64,000 bases of DNA from Candidatus Hydrogenedentota bacterium (GTDB lineage Bacteria; Hydrogenedentota; Hydrogenedentia; Hydrogenedentales; JAEUWI01), in assembly GCA_034669905.1 (NCBI GenBank), contig JAXMOL010000031.1, positions 1 through 64,000 on the forward strand. The letters are read 5' to 3'. Position 1 is the first letter of the stretch; the number at the start of each line of letters is the position of its first letter. Position numbers and translations under genes: made by a program. Below the pieces are notes generated by a model. The model did not search any database. It was not told where the DNA came from and saw nothing but the letters and a program-made list of their open reading frames with translations. This document shows positions 48,795 to 56,650 of the stretch, one piece after another.

Positions 48795-49379
48795 ATGTCT
48801 GCCGCCGAATCCACCAATGCTCCAATCACCGTCGTATCTGGCCTCCCCCGCTCCGGGACGTCTATGATGATGAAAATGCTCGCGGCGGGCGGCATGGACG
48901 TGCTCACCGACCAGATTCGCACGGCCGACGAAGACAACCCCAAGGGCTACTTCGAATTTGAGCGGGTCAAACAGATCACCACGGACCAGGCCTGGCTACC
49001 CGATGCCCAGGGAAAGGTCGTCAAGATCATTTCCTTCCTGCTGCTGAAGGCCCCCCTGACCTACCACTACAAAGTAATTTTCATGAAGCGGGCCCTGCCC
49101 GAAGTCCTGGCCTCCCAGCAACAAATGCTCCTCCGCCGCGGCGATCACACCCCCCAGGATGACGTGCGCATGGCGGAGCTCTATCAAAAACACCTCGAGG
49201 GCGCCTGCCGCTGGCTCGACGCGCAGCCCCAGATCGACGTCCTCTACGTCGACCACCGCGAGACCGTCGAGTCGCCCTTGACCGTCGCAGAAAAGGTCGC
49301 CGCGTTCCTCGACAACAACATGGATCCCGCCGTGATGGCCGCCGTGGTCGATCGCGGACTCCATCGTCAACGGGCCTGA
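48795..49379 (+). CDS. Sulfotransferase-family protein
   Basis: VSGLPRSGTSMMM PAPS-binding loop; DEDNPKGYFE. Confidence 0.85.
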   Translation: MSAAESTNAPITVVSGLPRSGTSMMMKMLAAGGMDVLTDQIRTADEDNPKGYFEFERVKQITTDQAWLPDAQGKVVKIISFLLLKAPLTYHYKVIFMKRALPEVLASQQQMLLRRGDHTPQDDVRMAELYQKHLEGACRWLDAQPQIDVLYVDHRETVESPLTVAEKVAAFLDNNMDPAVMAAVVDRGLHRQRA

Positions 49380-50065
49380 TTCAAGCCGCACATCCCTCCC
49401 TCACACGCTCGCCGTAGCGTCTCTCACCAAAGCATCACCACGCCATAACCCCCCTCTAACATCACCGCGCTAGACTTTGGCGCGTAAGGGATTGTTCCCC
49501 TACGCAGACACGTGGATCGTGCAAAAACCGTTGAAGGCCACGCGCCCGGCGGGTGCACGATTACGACAGCATTTCGCCAAAGGGGCGACTCCATCACGTT
49601 CCCTTTCCAACAACCCGAGGCCTCAGACCCGTCCGGGCTCCCCCGAAAGAACCGCGAAATAGCGGGTACCTACGGGAAACGGATGGCGTCTAACACGCGC
49701 AAAAGGCCTTCGCTACCGTGTCAATTGCAGACAAGAACGTCAATTCCTGCCATTGGCAGACTTCACACATTGAAGTAAGCTGATAAGCAATATCGTGGGC
49801 ACCCGCATGATGAAACGGCTTCGGTTCATAGCCCTTCAAGGTGCAGGCCCGTCCCCAGAGCTTAGGAAAAGACACCTGAACAATGGAGGAACGCCTATGC
49901 CGTGAACACGACCAGTCACATGGGCATTTCGTGCCCATCCATGACGGTGAACTACAAAATTGCTCCCATGCAGGGGAGTCTACGGCGCGGGCTACGTGCA
50001 GCCTGTGCCTTCAGTACCATCCCGTTACGATTCCGTAACCTACACTGAACAGAGGGATTTTTACC

Positions 50066-51097
50066 ATGACCACAACTAAAGTAATTTATAGTCGCAAGGG
50101 CTTTACACTGATAGAGCTCCTGGTTGTTATCGCTATCATCGGCATTCTTGCCGCCATCCTCCTCCCCGCACTGGCGCGCGCACGCGAAGCCGCCCGTCGT
50201 GCGAGTTGCCAGAATAACCTCAAGCAGTGGGGGCTGGTCGTCAAGATGTACGCCAACGAGAGCAGCGGCGAGCGCCTTCCCCGCATGCTGAATCAGGAGT
50301 ACATTCGTGATGACTCCTGCCAGACCCGTCCCGGCCGTCTGCGCGGTGGTATCTGGATGCCCCACGTATACCCTGAGTACATGTCGGACCTCCAACTCAT
50401 TGTGTGCCCTTCCGCCGTTAATGCCAGCGAGCTCCCGGACAAGTGGAATTGCCCCGATGGTGCGTACTGCAACCCGTGCGCCACGCACCCCAACTTCGGC
50501 GGGCTGGAAGTGGGTGCAATTGGTAATGCCGAACAGCAAAGCTATATGTACTACGGCTACCTCATCGATGACGACAGCACCTGGGCGGCCTACCGCAATA
50601 CCATCGCGACCTATGTGGCAGACAACACGGCCAACGGAAGCAGCAAAGTGGTCTACACAGACCCCAGCATCCAGGCCGATGCGGAGATCGTGGACGGAAT
50701 CCTCAACAGTGATTATGACTACACCGACTCCAGCATCGGGGGTCAGGCTGCAGTACAGGCCATCGTGGACGGCGGCATCGCTGCCAGTGGTGTGAGCACG
50801 AGTGTCGTTGTTTCGGGCTCCGCAGGCGGTGACACCATCCTTCGCCTTCGAGAAGGCATCGAGCGCTTCCTCATCACCGACATCAACAACGCGGCAGCGA
50901 GCGCCGAAGGACAGAGCACCATCCCGATCATGTGGGACCGCTTCGTCATCAGCGATCAGTCCAAGTACACGGAGCGCTTCAATCACATCCCGGGTGGCGC
51001 CAATGTCCTCTACCTGGACGGGCACGTCAGCTTTCTCAAGTGGCCCCAGGAAGAATTCCCCCTGACTCCCGTGCACGGAATCTTCGGACGTCTCTAA
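50066..51097 (+). CDS. DUF1559 / prepilin-type N-terminal cleavage-methylation protein with H-X9-DG motif
   Basis: [58 protein letters not shown]. Confidence 0.93.
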   Translation: MTTTKVIYSRKGFTLIELLVVIAIIGILAAILLPALARAREAARRASCQNNLKQWGLVVKMYANESSGERLPRMLNQEYIRDDSCQTRPGRLRGGIWMPHVYPEYMSDLQLIVCPSAVNASELPDKWNCPDGAYCNPCATHPNFGGLEVGAIGNAEQQSYMYYGYLIDDDSTWAAYRNTIATYVADNTANGSSKVVYTDPSIQADAEIVDGILNSDYDYTDSSIGGQAAVQAIVDGGIAASGVSTSVVVSGSAGGDTILRLREGIERFLITDINNAAASAEGQSTIPIMWDRFVISDQSKYTERFNHIPGGANVLYLDGHVSFLKWPQEEFPLTPVHGIFGRL

Positions 51098-51114
51098 TCC
51101 CATAACGCGTAAAA

Positions 51115-51154
51115 CGCGTCGGCCGGAACATACGCCGGCCGGCGCGTATTTTTT
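51115..51154 (+). terminator. Rho-independent terminator
   Basis: ACGCGTCGGCCGG...CCGGCCGGCGCGT plus ATTTTTT. Confidence 0.65.
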
Positions 51155-51319
51155 GGGGGAGGGACGTCACAATAACATCCCGGTTGGGGCCAGAGGCCCC
51201 GGCATCTTAACTCTCCGAACGAAACAGACAAAGGGAGACCGGGCACGAATCCGCCTCGTTGACTGGGGGCAGCCCTCGCAAGCGCCCACGAAAGCGGCGG
51301 TCGAACCAGACCGTCCGTC

Positions 51320-51670
51320 TCACCCCGTCGCTTCCGCCTCTTCTTCCACCGGGGCCAGGGTTACCAGAATCTTTGCCCGGTGATGGTGCCCGTCACGACA
51401 GCACCCCCGCGACTTTTCGTGGCTGCAGTGGCAACGGACCTGGGCGATAAAGCCGAAACTGCTTTCCCCGTGGTAATACACCGTGGCCATGGGAAATTGC
51501 TTGCAGAAATCCTCGATGACGTGGCCGGCATCGTTCGCGGTGCAGATCCGTTCCGTCTGCCGGTCCCGATAGTGCTGTTGCACTACCAACTTCTGGTTAG
51601 GGAAATCGGTGTGGAGTCCGCTCGCAATGTAGGCGGCCGCCTTCCACGATTCACGAAATTTTTCATGCAT
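51320..51670 (-). CDS. Small hypothetical protein with a Cys/His cluster
   Basis: GGGAGAGGA RBS before ATG 51670; 116 aa; RCHCSHEKSRGCCRDGHHH. Confidence 0.55.
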   Translation of the reverse strand: MHEKFRESWKAAAYIASGLHTDFPNQKLVVQQHYRDRQTERICTANDAGHVIEDFCKQFPMATVYYHGESSFGFIAQVRCHCSHEKSRGCCRDGHHHRAKILVTLAPVEEEAEATG

Positions 51671-51987
51671 GGATCCTCTCCCGCATTCGTTTCGCCCGAA
51701 CCCGTCATCCCAAGCCTTGTTTGTTTCTATGATCACCATTGTGACACGAATGTTCCCCCTTTGGCGGCAAAAAACGCCCGAATCACTGCCTTCGTGGCAA
51801 CATGGAACACTGCCGCCGATTCGGGACTGGTTTACTCTTTACGAAGCGCCGGAAAAGGGCCAAAATCGACACGAAAACCTTGCACCGCCACGGCCCGCTG
51901 GGCTATAGTCTCACGACCTGCTGCCACACAGTCGGCGGACACCACAACGACCGTGACGTCCCCCGCTGAGGCGCGATGGATGCCAAC

Positions 51988-52074
51988 GGGCGAGTGGTGG
52001 AATTGGCAGACACGACGGACTTAAAATCCGTTTCTCGCAAGAGAGTGCGGGTTCGATTCCCGCCTCGCCCACCA
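51988..52074 (+). tRNA. tRNA-Leu (anticodon TAA)
   Basis: GGGCGAG/CTCGCCC acceptor stem plus ACCA; D-loop GGAATTGGCAGAC; ACGGA-CTTAAAA-TCCGT; long variable arm; GCGGG-TTCGATT-CCCGC. Confidence 0.97.
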
Positions 52075-52082
52075 TACTAAAC

Positions 52083-52118
52083 AAAGGCGATTCTGAGAAT
52101 ACGAGGATCGCCTTTTTT
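52083..52118 (+). terminator. Terminator after tRNA-Leu
   Basis: AAAGGCGATTCT...AGGATCGCCTTTTTT. Confidence 0.7.
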
Positions 52119-52258
52119 GTTCCATGACCCAACTTAAGCACGCATTAAGCACGGGTGACTCTGATTTCGGTCAGCTCCAAGAGAATTGAAGCGTCGAAAG
52201 GCGTGGGGCAATCCTTGCAAAAAACAGAATACTGTTTAGTTACGCGCCGAGATACTAT

Positions 52259-52514
52259 GGGAAAACCAAGGGACGGACTACGCATTTTCACCCTTCACCC
52301 CCATCGTTTCTTGGTCTACCTGGCTTCTTCGGACGCATCATCAGGCCCAGTAGTGCTTCAAGCTGGCCACGGAATTATTCCTCGTTCCCATGCTCTGCGG
52401 AATATGGTGCCGAAAGCCCGGCACCACGACTCTGGCCAGTCGGCTCATGGATTCAGCCTATACTGGATGGCAGGATTTCGCACGCTATTCCGTAGTCTGT
52501 CCCTTAGTTCTCCC
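52259..52514 (-). mobile_element. Miniature TIR element, copy 1 (internally deleted RAYT-like Y1 transposase)
   Basis: 24-bp imperfect TIRs (21/24). Minus strand encodes MSRLARVVVPGFRHHI and, in another frame, LEALLGLMMRPKKPGRPRNDGGEG*. Confidence 0.8.
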
Positions 52515-52562
52515 AAATTAACGATTGAAAGAAGTAACGCTGCACTCGATGCTCTAAACTTC

Positions 52563-52946
52563 CTAAGGTCTCTCGTCCTGACGCCGAAGTCTTCCTGTCG
52601 GAGAAAACCCCATTCGGACTCGCAGTTCACGTTTTAAGATTACTAGTCCTTCACGATTAACTCCGAGTCCATGTTCTATCCGGGCGCGATTTTTCTCAGA
52701 GAATGGATAACCAATGAGAACACACCCCAATAGTGATATATATTTAATAACAAGGCTGTCAGGCAATTCAATCTGATCTCTCGCATCCTCAACTAAGAAT
52801 TCACCTAAGGCTAAACTGAGTTCCTCGGGCCAAACCCCCATAATAGCGTGAAACTCATCTCGAATCATGAGACGTTCGCTCTCTACAAACAGGGCTAACG
52901 CGTCCTGGTAGAGCCTCCATTCTTTTTCGCTGAGTTTCGTCGTCAA
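52563..52946 (-). CDS. Probable immunity protein
   Basis: AT-rich 127-aa ORF overlapping the upstream toxin fragment by 4 nt; EFHAIMG...LIGYP pattern. Confidence 0.65.
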   Translation of the reverse strand: MTTKLSEKEWRLYQDALALFVESERLMIRDEFHAIMGVWPEELSLALGEFLVEDARDQIELPDSLVIKYISLLGCVLIGYPFSEKNRARIEHGLGVNREGLVILKRELRVRMGFSPTGRLRRQDERP

Positions 52947-53209
52947 AACAGTTCCTCTAGGTACTCTTCGCCAATACTTGGCCTAAACATCGTCCCCATG
53001 TCTTGGTGGTTTGGATCAAAGAGCACGAGAGTGTTGTCATGTCTTCGATAGAAAAACCTTCTACCTTGATCTAAATCTCCAGCGATGTCGTGACCACCGT
53101 CTTCCATAACGCCTCTCACGTGCTCCATAAAATTTTCACGATTCCCCCAACACGTTTAGAAAAATCCTTTCGATGCTCATTGAATGCATGACCTTTTCCG
53201 ATACTCTCT
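52943..53209 (-). pseudogene. Orphan toxin C-terminal fragment (BECR-like RNase motifs), 5'-truncated and frameshifted
   Basis: ESIGKGHAFNEHRKDF in one frame, then NRENFMEHVRGVM...GRRFFY...TLVLFDPNHQDMGTMFRPSIGEEY in another; begins at the edge of element copy 2. Confidence 0.6.
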
Positions 53210-53346
53210 GAAAACCAAGGGACGGACTACGCATTTTCACCCTTCACCCCCATCGTTTCCTGGTCTACCTGGCTTCTTCGGACGCATCACCAGGCCCAGT
53301 AGTGCTTCAAGCTGGCCACGGAGAACTCAGGGACAGACTACGAATA
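53210..53346. mobile_element. Miniature element copy 2 (partial) fused to an inverted opposite TIR
   Basis: 53210-53322 is nearly identical to 52261-52373. It is followed by GGAGAACTCAGGGACAGACTACGAATA (53320-53346), the other end in inverted orientation. Confidence 0.8.
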
Positions 53347-53364
53347 AAAGTTGGCGCACACCTT

Positions 53365-53618
53365 GAAAACCAAGGGACGGACTACGCATTTTCACCCTTC
53401 ACCCCCATCGTTTCCTGGTCTACCTGGCTTCTTCGGACGCATCACTAGGCCCAGTAGTGTTTGAAGTTGGCCACGGAATTTTACCTCGTTCCCATGCTCT
53501 GCGTAATACGGTGCGGAAAGCCCGGCACCACGACTCTGGCCAGTCGGCTCATGGATTCAGCCTATACTGGATGGCAGGATTTCGCAAGCTATTCCGTAGT
53601 CTGTCCCTTAGTTCTCCC
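53365..53618 (-). mobile_element. Miniature TIR element, copy 3
   Basis: Near-identical to copy 1; minus strand MSRLARVVVPGFPHRITQSMGTR*. Confidence 0.8.
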
Positions 53619-53687
53619 GGAAAGCAACTCCGAAGCAATCAAATCGTCATCTCGCTCTGTAGCATAAAAACTGAATTGTATAGTCAT
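53619..53687 (-). pseudogene. 5' stub of a gene cut off by element copy 3
   Basis: ATG 53687 reads MTIQFSFYATERDDDLIASELLS straight into the TIR; lies 18 nt after the DUF5958-like stop. Confidence 0.45.
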
Positions 53688-53705
53688 TCGTAGTACCTAT
53701 ATCTA

Positions 53706-54185
53706 TCAGGATGGACAGGCTTCATCATCGAATTCCGAAGCTATGTCAGACACTGTTTGAGGATCAGACAGGTCTCTGTGCCACCAGTATCTCGTCGGGT
53801 CCGAACATCGCCCCCGCTGCCTTCTGTTGCCGATACAGAAGAGGCCAAGAAGCAGAAGGTATGATTTCCTTCTTTCGCTTACTGGCAATCCCAGAACATG
53901 ACGAATTTGCGCCCTTAACACAGAACTCCCTTTAGGCTCCTTAACAGCGGCCTTAAGCAAGAGCACGCACGGCGTAAATGTTGGTCGCAGCTCGGACCAA
54001 GCTATCGCGTCTTCAACGTCGCAACCCACTACCCCAGACTGGGCGGTTAGATATGCTAGCTCCTGAATTATTGCAGTCTGAGTTTCGTCGTGCTGAGAAT
54101 CAAACCAATCAATTGCCTCCGCTTTAGACAGGACACATTGCGCGACTTGATTCAAAGTAATATCTATCATGAGAGTCTTCATCAT
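53706..54185 (-). CDS. DUF5958-like protein (probable orphan immunity)
   Basis: LRPTFTPCVLL, LPVSERRKSYLLLLGLF and WWHRDLSD; AGGGA RBS. Confidence 0.7.
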   Translation of the reverse strand: MMKTLMIDITLNQVAQCVLSKAEAIDWFDSQHDETQTAIIQELAYLTAQSGVVGCDVEDAIAWSELRPTFTPCVLLLKAAVKEPKGSSVLRAQIRHVLGLPVSERRKSYLLLLGLFCIGNRRQRGRCSDPTRYWWHRDLSDPQTVSDIASEFDDEACPS

Positions 54186-54216
54186 ATCCCTACATGGTCT
54201 GTCTCTTTGTTCTCCC

Positions 54217-54597
54217 TTAATTAACTTCCTTCACAATTCGATACGAATTGGCGCAGATTGTAAGGCTACTATTTGTTGAGTTGGTGCGAATACGGAACTC
54301 GTGCAATTGGTCAAGCGATTCTAACAAATGCTTCCAGACTCCCCGGACCCTTAACAGATGTTCTGAATCCGTCAGACACTCAGCAGCTAATACACTCTCA
54401 GGCGCTACAATTCCGAAATTCATTCTCGTTTCTAAAAAATAGCAATTCTCGAATACCACGTGATTCTCGCTCCCGTCGGGCCATTCGATGAGCAGTGCTA
54501 CAGTATCATTCTTTCCGGGTGAGGACCGGTCAACTTTCAGAGCAAGCAATATTGCATCGTGCCACGGAAGCGCATTGAACGATTCTTTACATTTCAT
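54217..54597 (-). CDS. Cognate immunity protein of the Rhs toxin
   Basis: Start overlaps the Rhs stop (TAATG); AT-rich; FNALPWHDA motif. Confidence 0.75.
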   Translation of the reverse strand: MKCKESFNALPWHDAILLALKVDRSSPGKNDTVALLIEWPDGSENHVVFENCYFLETRMNFGIVAPESVLAAECLTDSEHLLRVRGVWKHLLESLDQLHEFRIRTNSTNSSLTICANSYRIVKEVN

Positions 54598-55913
54598 TAT
54601 CTGAATCCTGGGTCTGAATCACTTCGTTTAGGGCTAAAGTGTTCTCTACCTCCGTTCAAGTGATAGTGTGAATACTCTGGTCCACTCTTCCCGGTCGGCG
54701 TAGCCGGGTCTATTCTCAATCTCTCAGCAAACTTTCCATCTACAACTTCCCCGTAGCTACCGGGGCGATACGGATTATCAACATAGCTTTCAGGAATACT
54801 ATACTTAGCGTCTGGAAGTAGCGCCACACCTTGAGGTGTAACGTGTATTACATCTGGAACATCTGGCCCCTGCCCGGACCTTGGCGTTCCCGGTCCAGTG
54901 CCCGCGCTGCGACCGCTCGGAAGTATATCGCCAGCTTCGTATGTTCTTCCAGTACCGACGCTCTCGGTCGGCGCTTTGGCAATCACGGGAACTTCGTCAG
55001 CGTGCGTCGTCGCATTGGTGACATTTTCCACCACATCATCACCAATCCGTATGGAATCCGAAATTTCGTCGCCATTCTTCAATGCGGTCCGGCCCGCTTT
55101 GGCCACAAAGTCTCCACCTCGAACAAACTGGCCGGCCCCCGGAATTGCAGAGCCGCCATCGATTAGAGCACCAGTAAAATCTAGCCTCACAACGCTGATC
55201 GCGAAGGAGAGCATGTCCGGAACGATTCCCACGCCTGGCAGCAAACCCGCAGAACCAAGACCCAACTGAAGCCCATCAAGCCAAGCAGCCCAAGATTGAT
55301 TACCACCACAAAGCCCAAACGGGTCGACCACACTCCAGGGGTTACTCGCGGCATAGGTGTAGCCATTGCCCAAGTTCGCCGCATCGCCCCAGAGGCCGAT
55401 GGGGTCGCGGCTTACGAATCGGCCGAGGGCCGGGTCCATGAAGCGGTTGCGGAAGTAGTAGTAGCCCGATTCCGGATCCCAGCGGCGACCGGTGAAGAGG
55501 TAGGGATTTCCGAATGGGGATTCGGACACCTCCAGCAGGGCACCGGTGGCTTGCCCTGGGTTCGCCGGAGGCGAATAGAACTCGGGCTGGCCGTAGTCGC
55601 CGTAATCGTAGGCCTCCACGACGGTACCCGTGTTGTCGGTGAGCTTGACGACGTTGTGTTGGTCGTCGCCGTGATAATAGTAATCCGACGTGCCCCGGCG
55701 CATGGTGAGGACTTCGTCGATATAGTTGCCGTAGACATAGCTCGCGGACAGACTGGCACCCCCGCTGCTGGAGATTTCCCATTCCTCCGCCACGCGAGAA
55801 CCGTCATAGACAAAACGCGTGGCCGTGCCATCGGCATGCCGCTTTTCGATACGGCGGCCCAGGGCGTCGTAGGCGTATTCCGTCGTGAAATGGCCGATGT
55901 TAACATCGTCCAC
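54597..55913 (-). CDS. Orphan, 5'-truncated Rhs core + pre-toxin (PT-TG-like) linker + C-terminal toxin
   Basis: YD repeats (YAYDALGRR, YDYGDYG); core end YYYFRNRFMDPALGRFVSRDPIG...NPWSVVDPFGL; then GLLPGVGIVPD...SAIPGAG and a tip with RIDP...SHYH. GC drops after DPFGL. Confidence 0.88.
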   Translation of the reverse strand: MDDVNIGHFTTEYAYDALGRRIEKRHADGTATRFVYDGSRVAEEWEISSSGGASLSASYVYGNYIDEVLTMRRGTSDYYYHGDDQHNVVKLTDNTGTVVEAYDYGDYGQPEFYSPPANPGQATGALLEVSESPFGNPYLFTGRRWDPESGYYYFRNRFMDPALGRFVSRDPIGLWGDAANLGNGYTYAASNPWSVVDPFGLCGGNQSWAAWLDGLQLGLGSAGLLPGVGIVPDMLSFAISVVRLDFTGALIDGGSAIPGAGQFVRGGDFVAKAGRTALKNGDEISDSIRIGDDVVENVTNATTHADEVPVIAKAPTESVGTGRTYEAGDILPSGRSAGTGPGTPRSGQGPDVPDVIHVTPQGVALLPDAKYSIPESYVDNPYRPGSYGEVVDGKFAERLRIDPATPTGKSGPEYSHYHLNGGREHFSPKRSDSDPGFR

Positions 55914-56320
55914 ATAACAGTCGCCCGTGGTCTCAAGGATGAGGGGCCAAGGGAGAGCGTCGGTGTCTCCGCATGGTTGGGGTTGCTAAGCCTACGGCCG
56001 CCGGGACAGGAACGCGCGTTGGCGAGCGTTCCCACAGGGACTGCCTTCGCGCTGAAGGGTGCGTCGGGTAGCGAGTGGCCGGGGATGTAACGGCCCGTTC
56101 AACGGATGAATGGCAATCGTAGATGCGCGAGGCTGTCCCGGCAGTATGGGGAGACGGGATGTTGGGTAGGCTCTCCCCCTTTCTTGGGTCCGGTGCGGTT
56201 GTTTTCTCCCGTGCCCTTTGCCTCGGACAGGTTGAAAACGCGCCGTGGCGGCAGTGTCCAAGCTCCTTGTTCAGGGAGACGCCGGGGAATCGAAGTCATT
56301 TTGCCCATCCCTACCATTAT

Positions 56321-56344
56321 CGCAGACAGGAATGTTTGCGCCCC
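56321..56344. repeat. REP-like palindrome
   Basis: CGCAGACA-GGAA-TGTTTGCG-CCCC. Confidence 0.55.
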
Positions 56345-56490
56345 TGAAGGGTGTCTACTTCTGAGTGCACGTACACGCTGCGGCACGCCGTCGTGTCCAC
56401 GACCCGGGCCGAAATCAACAGCAGTTCCCTCCCCCCTATCCCCCATCCGTGAGCTCCGTTCAATCCGTGGTCACCCCTCCGCCCTCCTGC

Positions 56491-56537
56491 TTGACAGGGC
56501 GCACGGTCATTCTCTAGCATAGCACAATCGTTTGTGC
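56491..56537 (+). promoter_or_regulatory. sigma70 promoter with an adjacent LacI-type operator
   Basis: TTGACA (56491)-18 nt-TAGCAT (56515), then GCACAATCGTTTGTGC (56522-56537), a palindrome with central CG. Confidence 0.65.
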
Positions 56538-56650
56538 ACTTCGTGTGTAGAAGACCATAGACGTATTGGCAGGATGGGCAGGGCGGCAGGCAGTGTCGTC
56601 TCAATCGCCCCGTTGGGCGCGCGGCCCGTTGCAATGAGGAATCCCATTTC

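Noticed and set aside
52155..52637. 160-aa + strand ORF (also 53457-53693)
   Set aside because: Antisense read-through of the miniature element; no independent coding evidence
52259..53618. Possible CRISPR array
   Set aside because: Repeats are about 110-255 bp with TIRs and transposase stubs, spacing is irregular, and there are no cas genes
55914..56490. attR copy of the tRNA-Leu 3' end, and coding ORFs
   Set aside because: No duplicate of TTCGATTCCCGCCTCGCCCACCA was seen; the short ORFs overlap repeats and lack recognisable motifs
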